DNA of 63,081 bases, filler included, from Basidiobolus ranarum (lineage: Eukaryota): the NCBI GenBank assembly GCA_040143965.1. It is 8 parts of 8 records of this genome, joined end to end, with 100 filler letters (N's around TTAATTAATTAA, not from the genome) between each part and the next. Parts side by side here need not be neighbours in the genome. Positions count along the whole stretch, not along the records: positions 47,417 to 55,202 come from JASJQH010001064.1; positions 55,303 to 63,081 come from JASJQH010001065.1; 6 more parts are not named here. One strand, 5' to 3'. Both the position numbers and the translations under genes were made by a program. Every line of letters starts with the position of its first letter. Within the stretch, counting starts at the first letter, position 1. Of the stretch, positions 52,869 to 63,081 are shown piece by piece. Below the pieces are notes generated by a model, which saw only the letters and a program-made list of their open reading frames with translations, ran no database searches and was not told the DNA's origin.

Positions 52869-54045
52869 TTAAATTTTGGAAGTGGTCATGATTTCAGATT
52901 TGGCCCAAGTTCTGATAATCTGATGCGCAATGGCTGTCCCTGGAGGCAAACGGAGCTGATGTGGATCAAGGGTTGCCCGGGTAGTAATTTCAACTGGATT
53001 CTGCAGACCGTCAAGAACCTCCTGACGCGTAAACCATCTCGCGTCATCTAATTCCATATCTTCTAACTGAATCTTCTCACTTAATGCTCTACCTATACAA
53101 CCAATCATGAGACTATTTGGAAATGGCCAAGGCTGACTGGAATGGTATATAACCGGGCCAAGAGTGATTCCAGTCTCCTCACGTACCTCTCTTCGGGCAG
53201 CCTCCTCAAGAGATTCACCTGGTTCAATAAAACCTGCCACACAGGAATACATTCCTGCAGGCCAAGATTTTTGTCGGCCCAACAAGATTTTGTCTCCTCG
53301 TTGTGATATGGTACAAATGATAACCACAGGATCTGTTCGAGGATAAGAGAAATTGTGCGCTCCTTTTGGTGAGATGCATGGTGGACGCTCATCGGTGGCT
53401 TGAGAAAGTGGCGATGGTAGACAGGTACGTTTGTATCCAGCATCAGTTAAGACAGTCTTTCTGCCACAAGCTGGGCAGTATCGATTACGAGTATTCCAAT
53501 CGATCATTGATCGTGCTTGAGCTAGAATGGCAGCCTCTATTAGAGGTAATTTAAAGGACTTTGGTCGTAAAGGAATAAACATGTATCCTTCATCCATTAC
53601 TTTTTGTCGAAGTGGCATAAATGAGTCCTCAATGGGTCCTTTTGGTGAAATATCCAAAGCCCAACGGGATGAAGTATCCCCGTTTTGACTCTTATCAATA
53701 CCCAAAAATATTAGGGTAACACCTTCTGGGTATTCCTGTTTCTCTTTGTCGATGAAAGGATTTCGTATAATGTCCTCGACTTCTTTATATGATAGCCAAT
53801 GAAGTTTTGTAGGCTTTGGTTTTGCTAAAGGGTTACCGTTAGATAGTAATAGGAAGTGAGAGTTTGAAGAGGTCAAGGCTTCAGAGAGGAAGACATTATC
53901 AGTTCGACGTTCGCTTACACTAAATAAAGTCATTGAGTATCTGTTGAAATATCAAGAAACATAGAAGGCTTTACCGATTTAGGTTGCTTCCGGAAAAAAA
54001 GTTAGGTGAGGCTTCTATCAGGCGAAGTTGCTCTTTGGAATTCAT
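52869..54045 (-). CDS. NPY1: NADH diphosphatase NudC/NUDT12 (Nudix), PTS1-like C-terminus SKI
   Basis: Exon 1 MNSK..PNFFSGSNLNR, intron 53975-53923, then VSERRTD; zinc ribbon YCPACG; YPRTDPVVI; Nudix box GFIEPGESLEEAARREVREETG; SQPWPFPNS. Confidence 0.93.
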
Positions 54046-54869
54046 GTTGGACAAATAAAAAGTTAAGTATATAGTTTTGAAATTATCAGTGCAGAATTGA
54101 AGGTACTTTGAGAACTATCGTGGTGTAAATTGCGAGTCATATAAGCGGGATGATTTTCAATCAGTTGGTTACCAGTATTTATCGGACGGAAAACTTCCGA
54201 AACTCCTAATCGATTGAAATTGGAGCCTACTCTGGATTTAGCAACACGCTGAACTGCTGTGAGAAATCGAAGCATCACGAGCTAGGAGTGAGATGTAGTA
54301 ACTTTCCTGTGTGATCAGTTTCATTATTTCTTACCGTCAAGACCAGGGTATGACGAGCCTAGAAATATCAACTCCTATAAGATCGGATTTCCCATTGTCC
54401 ACTACCCTCTGATAATATCAATGGGCACCACGTGACAATTTTGATGATTATTAATATCTTTTAGCTGAGGTAACAATGAAGACGAGTTTGCTGAGTAACT
54501 GGCCGCTTCGATCGGGGATTTCATAGAACAAGCCTCGCTTTGGAAATCAACGAGAATCGATCCCCTCGAAGTCCATATTTGAAACCATTATGATTTGTAT
54601 ATATGATTGAGAACTGTATCCATGAAATACCGACATCAACAGGGGCGCTCAAGTAACTCCAACAGATTGGTTCCGACAAGTTTCACCATATTTACTGACT
54701 CACATAGTCAAATGAAACAGCTACCTCGTGATGCTATCCATATTGCACTATGGCTCCCACATTTACTTGATCACCGAATCCCCTTACTCTTTACATATTC
54801 TTTTTTTCTCTGACGCGTGAATTTTCAAGGATTTCATCGCTAGACAATTTCTTTTTATTTCATGAAGGT

Positions 54870-55202
54870 ATGGATTGGCTAGTACAAACTTTTCGTACCG
54901 TTTGCGCCACAGTAGCGGTGCTACTTTTTGTCATCTTGTGCATCTTTTCTGGTAGGGAGTTTCGTTTAGTGGTTTCCTTAGATGTGTTGGATACTAATAG
55001 GCCTACTTTACTCAGCATGGTATGTGGTTTGGAAGCTTATATTGTCTCAAATCGGAGTGTTTCGAGAAATAGCTGGCCTTCAGCCACCCAACCCCAAAAC
55101 TAAGTTACGTAAAAAGGTCACTATGCAAGCCCTTGACCATAAAGAAGTCCGACTCTATCGTAACGATAATTATATGCCGAGTAGATCCTCCGGGAATGAC
55201 TC
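54870..55202 (+). CDS. Small integral membrane protein (SMIM13-like), 3' end truncated by the contig end
   Basis: Transmembrane exon MDWLVQTF..VILCIFS, intron about 54952-55000, then GLLYSAWYVVWKLILSQIGVFREIAG. Confidence 0.6.
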
Positions 55203-55302
55203 NNNNNNNNNNNNNNNNNNNNNNNNNNNNNNNNNNNNNNNNNNNNTTAATTAATTAANNNNNNNNNNNNNNNNNNNNNNNNNNNNNNNNNNNNNNNNNN
55301 NN

Positions 55303-56262
55303 AGGATACATCCACTGAGGGAGTCTGTTTTTCGATTAGAGAATACTCGCTTGGAAGAGCATGTGATAGAAGATATGGAATATGGCTTTCAATATTGGCG
55401 CAGTGAAGAAAACGATGGGACGGAGATACTAGGATTTCTGGAACAACAGCTACCTTCGGAATTGGTTCCTACCCAGCTACCAGTTAGAGAATTATCACAA
55501 AAATGGGTAGCCGAGTTCGAAAACCTTGGTATTAAAGAAGAAAATACCTGGCACACCCCTAAAGACGATGGTGCCGATGTTTTGAACTTCTTGCATTCTC
55601 CAGAATTCCCCAATAATTTGATGCCTGATTCGATTGAGAATCGAAGTGATGTCCACGAAAAATGGTACCAAGAATTTGAAAGACTAAACTTTGGAGTGGA
55701 TACCGGGCAAGGAGACAGCATCTCTGAAGATGATTTGCCACTAGAACAGACGTTGAATGAATGGGAAAAAGAATTCAACCTTGATACTCATGGATCTCAG
55801 GCACATTATGATATTGATGCTTTTCGAGATGGACCTATAAAAGAGTATGAAGCTCTCAGCTCCAGTGTCGAGTCAACACCTCTACCATATACACCTACAC
55901 AGGACGTAGGTTATCATGATCCTCGTATGGATGGCCAAGAAGTCCTTGAGTTTCTAAATCATGCTTTGTACTCCGAGGAAGTGTCAGAGGATTATTCAGA
56001 CCCCGCAAACCTTACTTCCAAACGACAGTCCCAATATCAGTCACTTTCAAAACCAGTGGATCGTAAATTCACTTCGGATATTCTAGAGTATTTGGTATGT
56101 ATCCCGTATACCGATGAAGTCTATGGAAGTTACGACTTCTCTTGGATAGATACCAGGGTGGATACGAAAACTAAACCAACTGATGCCAGTGTGCCCAACC
56201 AATATGAATCCGCACTTCAGAGACTGAGATTATTGAAAAAACACCTGACTCCTAGTACATAG
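55303..56262 (+). CDS. Uncharacterised acidic protein with WxxxF motifs and a C-terminal PTS2-like nonapeptide; 5' end truncated
   Basis: Frame open from the contig start; WVAEF, WYQEF, WEKEF; three DGx[ED][IV]LxFL repeats; RLRLLKKHL at 56221-56247. Confidence 0.8.
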   Translation, partial: RIHPLRESVFRLENTRLEEHVIEDMEYGFQYWRSEENDGTEILGFLEQQLPSELVPTQLPVRELSQKWVAEFENLGIKEENTWHTPKDDGADVLNFLHSPEFPNNLMPDSIENRSDVHEKWYQEFERLNFGVDTGQGDSISEDDLPLEQTLNEWEKEFNLDTHGSQAHYDIDAFRDGPIKEYEALSSSVESTPLPYTPTQDVGYHDPRMDGQEVLEFLNHALYSEEVSEDYSDPANLTSKRQSQYQSLSKPVDRKFTSDILEYLVCIPYTDEVYGSYDFSWIDTRVDTKTKPTDASVPNQYESALQRLRLLKKHLTPST

Positions 56263-56562
56263 CTTTTTATAATAAATTGGTACTAATTCTAGACTTCTTT
56301 TCAGACTCTGAAGTCTAGCTACGATTATGAACATGCTCAAAAATTGTTTCGTAGTTTGAGAGTGGAATGCCAAACGATGAACCCGCTACTTAACAATGGT
56401 CATATGTATATTCATTTATCTAATAGTATTCTTACATGAAATATAATATACCAAAAGATGTCTAATACAATTTAAAACCTGAAGGTTATCTTATACAGAG
56501 GTATACAATCGAGATACGTTGAAATCGAATCATTTCTGTTAAGAGTTTACTAAAGAAAGTAG

Positions 56563-56969
56563 CTAGTGCTGTTCACTTTCCTTTTCAGCTCGTTTTTTGG
56601 CCAGACGTTCGGCTCTTAATTGGGCCATTTGTTCTTGTAGATCCTTTTTGTTGTTAGCTGGTACATTGCAGACCTCAGCAGGTGGATAGAAGACAACCTA
56701 AATGAGGGAATACACCATTGCCCGTAAGTTGTATGCTTGATTATATAGCTTTGTACCATGTCCAACTTACCCCGTTCAAGTATTTATCATAGAATTTCTG
56801 ATGTCCGAAGTAGAGCATGACACCAACAGGGAAAAACACATAAACTCCAAACTAGATATCGAAAAAATAAATATATTAGTGAACCGTGTAGCACTCCCTT
56901 CTGAGAAGGGTGTAAACGTTCAGAATGGATTGGCTTTACCTTGAAAACTTCCAATCTAGAGGTACCCAT
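56563..56969 (-). CDS. PET100: Cytochrome c oxidase assembly factor Pet100, 3 exons
   Basis: Spliced MGTSRLEVFK|FGVYVFFPVGVMLYFGHQKFYDKYLNG|VVFYPP..LRAERLAKKR. Confidence 0.88.
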
Positions 56970-58639
56970 TTGAATAGATAAAATAAATTTTGCGAAAGAC
57001 GTAAAGTTTGCTACCGAAATTTTTATTTCCTCAAATATCATAACTATGGTCATCATACTTCGCGAAGTCACATGAGTTAGCATTGACGGATTAACATGTG
57101 TTTACTAATCAGGCTAACATGACGTATTTAACTAGTTTGGAATAAGTACTAGATTCCGATGGTCTTCGCTCTAAATTCGCTGGGGAAGGGTTTAAGATAA
57201 TGCTAATTGAAGTAATTTTGCTTTGAAATGTAGCCAACTTAATGGAGATAGATGATTCTCAGAGTACCGTTCAAACTTACGCATATTTAACATTTTCTCT
57301 CTATGTTTATAAGAAATCCAAAGGACTGTATACCACTTCGAGTCATTCCATCTATAAGGAAAATATTGGTACCAGGAAAGCCATCAAAAGAATCAAACAG
57401 TTTAGCAATCATTGATACTCTTACTTTGTAATGATATCTCTAATCCGTCGTCTCCGTGTACACTAAATTTTAATCGAGAAATCAAGCTATTAACATTTTC
57501 GAAGTTTTCAGCGGGGATGGTATTTTTGACAATGAAGCTGGTTGTGATCACGTATCAGAGTGCTTTAAAGTTGGTCAAGCGGTAGCGCACTGTTTTTTTG
57601 GGAGAAATGAGTACAATTAAGGCTATAGCTAATAATTTAGAAAAGCTCAATTCTAGATATGCTTCTTACAAAACCTGCATGTTCAATGCTAACCTTTATT
57701 CGTTACTGAAAGAAGAAGCCTCGCTGATGATAAACCGTATTATTCATTCAGATATTCACAATAAATACTTGGAAAGGACGTCAAGTTTAATTCCATTGAT
57801 GAGAATCATATTATTAGGTCATGTTATAAAATCCATACGACATTTAGTGATGGAGTAGTTGTATCCAGTACCTCTTGGTTTTATGTAGATGAACATATCG
57901 TCCATATTACAAGTGGATGAACAGTACAAGTATTGCTGCCAACATATAATCAGCTACAAGTATTAATTTTCTATTTACACTGCTGAGGATAACAACTTAA
58001 CTGAAGAAGAATCAAAAAGTGAAGTTACATAAATTCAAATATTGAAAAAGTGCGTGCAAGGAGCTGAACTACTCTTTAACCAAAGAAACATATACCTCTG
58101 GGGACTCTAAAAATATCATTAAAATAGAGATTGTTTTCCTATGTATGTGAGGTCGAGAATGTGTGAACATGGATAAAAGAGTAGACGATAGATCTTGAGC
58201 AAAGTCTGAAGTTAAAACATGGCTCAAATATTCATCAGGTTATTTTGAAGTTGTAATTACTGGACTTGTTCTCTGTGATAGTGCCAGATTGTGCTGTATA
58301 TATCATATTGGATAAAGTATTCTAAAATTTATGCAGCACAATTTGGCACTATCCATCACCCTCTGGCATGATCAATTTTAATCACATTTACTCTAATATA
58401 TTGATCCAAGGTCCGATAAATCCTGGCACAATGGAACAAGTCCACTAGTGAAGACAAGTCTTAGAACTGATTCCCTCTTAATTTTATTTACTAAATCGGT
58501 GTATCTTTCTGAAACGATTGTGCGGTAGCCAAGTAATCAATCTGTTTGTATATGAATATCGGTAATGATTCGAAGCAAAATCCTTTATCGTTTCCTTTCA
58601 ACCTCTTCGATAATTTGCTATAAATCCCGATTATTTTCG

Positions 58640-59340
58640 TTCGTATCACTAGGGATAACCTTAGTTCCATAATATTAGCATCGAAAGCTCCATTGCTAAA
58701 TCCAAAGAGATGTTTTTTACAATCCAATCTTTCTAAAAATGTATCATCATACAATAGTTCAGATATCATTATGGTTTTGCTTTAATGCCTTAAAGCTGGC
58801 TAATTATTCGTAGGACTTTTGATAGAATTAAATCTCGACATAATACTAGCAGTACGTTCAATCGAGGTTTCACCTTCAATATAGCATAGGCATATATGGC
58901 CTACTATTATTCTCAGCCCATCTAACCCAACCTCTAGCTAGCTATTAAGACTGACTCTAAGAATCTAATTCCTCTAGTGACAAAAAATGAGAATACTACA
59001 CATAATTCCTCAGGTATTAATGATTCTAATAGAGCATTGATCTTAGCACTTTGTACATCCAGAGGTATTCTTGGATTATACGGAGAATTAATAGTTAGTG
59101 ATGTTTGTCTTATCTTAGAATAGATATCTTTGTTATTTTGTTTCTGATCTTTTTTCTACTCTTCTAATTGTCTACCTTTGAATTTGCTAACATACAGAGT
59201 ACCTATCCCAATATCTTTACCTTTATATCTAGGAGTGATATCTTCATGGATTTTATTACAATAGGCAATAGCAGCATTAGGTTCTATAAGATTACGTAAA
59301 GAGTCTATCTCCATAATCTTGTCTATCATAGGCGTAGCCG
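58640..59340 (-). pseudogene. Fragment of a D5-like primase-helicase (viral/Polinton-type relic)
   Basis: ELLYDDTFLERLDCKKHLFGFSNGAFD..ELR matches the D5 N-terminal domain pattern. An upstream broken frame contains IGIGTL (PriCT-2-like). Confidence 0.55.
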
Positions 59341-61874
59341 TGGTTGAACTGCACTAGCTTTTAAAACAATCCTTATCACCCATCTCTATTAGGTGGTGAA
59401 ACCTCGTAAGGTATTTTAAAAACTCAACTAGTCAATTTCTATAACCTATTGCTTGTAATCATTCTCATTCGGAATAGAATGAAGATAATTATGACGAACA
59501 TATTGTGTATGCTGTTGGATTGATTTACCAGGCCAAGAATGGTATTATCCAGTTTATCGTTAAACTTTTCTCCAGCGAATCGGTTTCTGAACAATGTGAA
59601 TTGTTGGTAAGGCTTTCAAAATTTCCCCCCGAATAGGGTTTGATCTTGTGTTGTGTGATTAGGCTAGAGTTACATCTGAAAACAATGAAAGGGTTTTATC
59701 ATTTCACCAATAACTAATATCCATGGAAGTAACTCATTTAGCAATATCAAGACACGTACTCAAGTGGTAATGGACGATGCTATGCTCCTTTATGGATCAT
59801 TAGTGAGTTTCTACTCATACTTATTGTATAACTTCGCATTCTTAGGAAAAGGCAACCTTTCCACGATTGTCTGAAATTGCCACAACTTCCTTTACATTTT
59901 TCCGAACTCCTTTAGAGAAGATAGCCTTAAAATTTCCTCATTATAATTAGAAGAACTGAAACTTCATATTTTGAAACTCGAAATATAAATCTTACGCCTT
60001 GTGACAACTATATGCGACTCCAATGCCACTCAATTATTTACGGTAAGATTCCTGAAATGTAAAGAAATAGATGCTGACGGTGCTTCAATATGATTACTCT
60101 TATCTATTGTTTATGGTGAGGAGTATATCTGTCACATATACGTAAGTTTTTTTTAGATGACACATAGAAAAATGAGCTAAAATTCTAATTAACCGGAGAT
60201 ATAGCCTGCAAATACTAAATATATTACGTAAAGATTTATTCAACCAAGGTGCTACTTTACCGTAGCCTTGGGCTCAATAATTTTACATAGCAACAATAAG
60301 TGATACGCAGATGTAAAAAAGTGTGTTTATGCAAGGAGCTCTACATGTAGACAAAACACTTCATATAATTAATTATGAGGTGACCTTTGCATCTAGTGAA
60401 GAAGCAGATTAATGCGTCTAATTCGTGCAAGAGTCATTAAAGTAGAGGCTTGAGTAAAAGCAGCCCCAAATTACCGAAATGTCTGGCATATTAACTGTTC
60501 CATGAGCTCGTATAATATCTGCAATAGCCCGATTCTTAACCTAGCGTTCATGTAGCCCAGCTTAAGACATCTAACGCATAGATCAGTGCTTTCTTGGAAA
60601 TTAGGGAGTCAGAAACTTAGATCGGATTGTTTGATATCACTCTAGGAAAACGTTGGTTAATGATTTCTACTTTAGGCTCATTGAGGTGTCGCTACCAACT
60701 TCAATACAAAGTGCTGAGTCACCGATTATTGCTCAATCTGAAAATGAGTATCATAGGGTGCCTCCTAATCCATTATTAGCAATTATATTCCTGACTACTA
60801 ATAGCCACGATGTTTTAGGAGTTACAGATCATACATTAGGTAATAATCCATGTATGGAAGGTCACTGAGACACAGCAATCAAGATTTTTTACTGTTTACC
60901 AGGGATCCTTGAGGCCTGGCCCAGGAACCATAATCAAACGTCTTGTGGTTAGGCCACTTGATTTTCAAATCGAAAATTTAGCAATGTTTTTCGATATGTA
61001 GTAGGTTGTTTATGACGTGCTTGCAGCAGAGAGTATATGGATTGGTCACTCCATCTGATCACCAGAAGGGTTGAGGTATAGAAATGATGCCGAAAGCATT
61101 GACAGAGTTCACGTGTAAGATCTCCTTTACGAGTCCTCTTATTTTGAGTGTGGTATGTGAATAAGTTACAAGCACTAATGTGGTTTGAGTCCAGCATAGT
61201 TCAAATTGAGTATGCTATAATTTGTTCACTATTGACAAAGCGAGCGAAGAAAGGACTACTATGCCTATATCTCGGCAATGTTTATGTCACTTCCTTTTGA
61301 AGATAGGATGAGTTGGCTTTTTTGTCCCGCCAATACAAATTCGTGCCCTATTTTTTGTTGATCCGACTGAAGAATTAATTGGTTAAGAGTAAGGAATGTT
61401 GGACAACACAACGGCTTAAACACGAAATGCAAAAATGTAACTGGTTATCGTTAATATAACAAAGATATATTAATTATTCCATTTCAAGGATCTAGCGATA
61501 AAAGTCTAAACATGTTGCTTTTCAAAAGTATATTAAGACTAATTTAAGAGTCTTGATGAGGTTTCATTGATGTTCTATTATAAATTTGTTAGGTCTGAAC
61601 GCATACTCTACGAAATATAATACGAACCGTTTACGTTTATTAGCGCAAAAATGAATATGCCATCACTTCTGAGCCGCGAGCACTGCGTTTGACTATTAAT
61701 TTTGGATATGGTAGGGCACTATCTCAGATATGATGTCATGTATTGCCGTGGTAATCCAATAGTCGAGAATAAAAGGTTAGTTTGTAGCAGGAGTGACATT
61801 TACCAGATTTTTTCTATATAAATAGGAGGTTCAGCCAAGAACTTATCAATATCTAACCTTCACCATTAAAAGCG

Positions 61875-63081
61875 ATGAACAATTATATCCAAAGTCGATC
61901 TTATAACGTCTCAGCAATTCCTGAGTCAAACTTTGAATTCAAGAAAGCTATAAAACCACAATACACTTACTCGATCCGTACTGGTCAAGATGACTCAAAA
62001 GTCATTCAAAACAACCCATGTAAGCCTAAAAGGAAACGACAACAAGTTAAGAATGCATGTGGTGAGTGGTTATCTCCTACCTCCCTTCATCCCTCAACGG
62101 GTCATCTTTTGTATCTAATGTGTTCCACATCATCATTTAGTCATTCCTTTTTACACACTCTTCACATCAATTGTCATCGAAAGATACTAACACAATTACT
62201 TTCTAGTCAACTGTCAGAAAGCTTGCAAGAAATGCGATGAGGGTAGACCCTGTTCGCGATGCATCAAGTATGGACTGGTGGATACATGTACAGACTCACT
62301 TCGCAAAGCCCGAAAGAAGGGGGTCAAGAGAGGACCGTACAAACGCAGAAAGGTCCAAGGCAGCCCACAAGAGACAGCCCCGATAGAACAAGTAAAGAGT
62401 GAACATATCAGCCCAACACCAATTTCTCATCCCCAGCCCATCGCTAACCCAGAGAGAGCATATTCGACACAAAGCCCCCACTTCCTAAATCCTTCGTCAA
62501 GTCTAGGAGGGATCAAACAATCAGCATTCGCACCAGTACAGCGTAAGCATGGCCTACCGCAGACATCAGCAGCACATTCTAAGGATGAGCATGAGAACCT
62601 ATCCCTACTATCATATCTTTGCCAAGGAGAGAGTGGCCAGATGAGCGACATCAGAAGATTGCTGAACCCCCAGGTCCAAACACTTCAGTGTCCACAGCCA
62701 CGTCGGTTCTCGGTTGATCTTCCGATCCCCACGAGAGTAGATCTTGCCCCTCGTTCCAACTCAGTCGAGCCCAACAATCACTACCTTTATGACTTGCAGC
62801 AGTCATCCCGAGGAGACAGGGGAAGTCTCTCGATTGACATCCCCAAACTACCCAGCATTGCAGCGATTACATCTAGAGCAAACCAACCACCTACACCAGC
62901 ACCGGTGCTTCCACCACTGAAGAATATTCCCATAATGTTAGTGAGCCATGATGAGTCAATGGCGCAGTGGAGTGAAGGAGGTGGTGCTACGGACAACGCA
63001 GTTCCTATGACAACTTACGTACGATCGATATCTCCCAGTGAGAGTGAGAATTCATTGCCTACTTCACCAGTGGATGCCGGA
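61875..63081 (+). CDS. Zn(II)2Cys6 transcription factor, 3' end truncated
   Basis: Intron 62062-62206 joins KRQQVKNAC to VNCQKACKKCDEGRPCSRCIKYGLVDTC..RKKGVKRGPYKRRK. Confidence 0.93.

Noticed and set aside
52869..56969. Apparent organelle gene cluster (NPY1, WxxxF/PTS2 protein, PET100)
   Set aside because: NPY1 and the other two genes lie on different contigs joined artificially at 55203-55302.

Overview
AT-rich eukaryotic DNA with short GT-AG introns and fungal-type genes. By inference it is an early-diverging fungus, possibly Basidiobolus-like; the species cannot be established from the sequence alone. The window is not one locus. Eight contigs of about 7.8 kb, sorted by decreasing length, are joined by artificial N44-TTAATTAATTAA-N44 linkers, so adjacency across a linker has no biological meaning. 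Recognisable genes: P4-ATPase 3' end, ALKBH8-like dioxygenase, FBPase, Vma12/TMEM199, NDR kinase (Cbk1/Orb6 type), ketopantoate reductase, an F-box/ankyrin-like protein, three HSF-domain paralogues in graded decay, an HRI-type eIF2-alpha kinase, a Tyr-type GST with a pseudogene copy, NudC/Npy1, a SMIM13-like gene, Pet100 and a Zn2Cys6 factor. There are also many nested Ty1/copia LTRs of two families. Most notable: (i) an uncharacterised protein with Pex5-like WxxxF motifs, a triple DGx[ED][IV]LxFL repeat and a perfect PTS2 nonapeptide at its C-terminus; (ii) a possible mitochondrial/peroxisomal dual-targeting design in NPY1; (iii) repeated copia insertion at the same 5-bp site inside its own LTR; (iv) a viral/Polinton-like D5 primase-helicase relic; (v) a degenerate DDE-integrase element.
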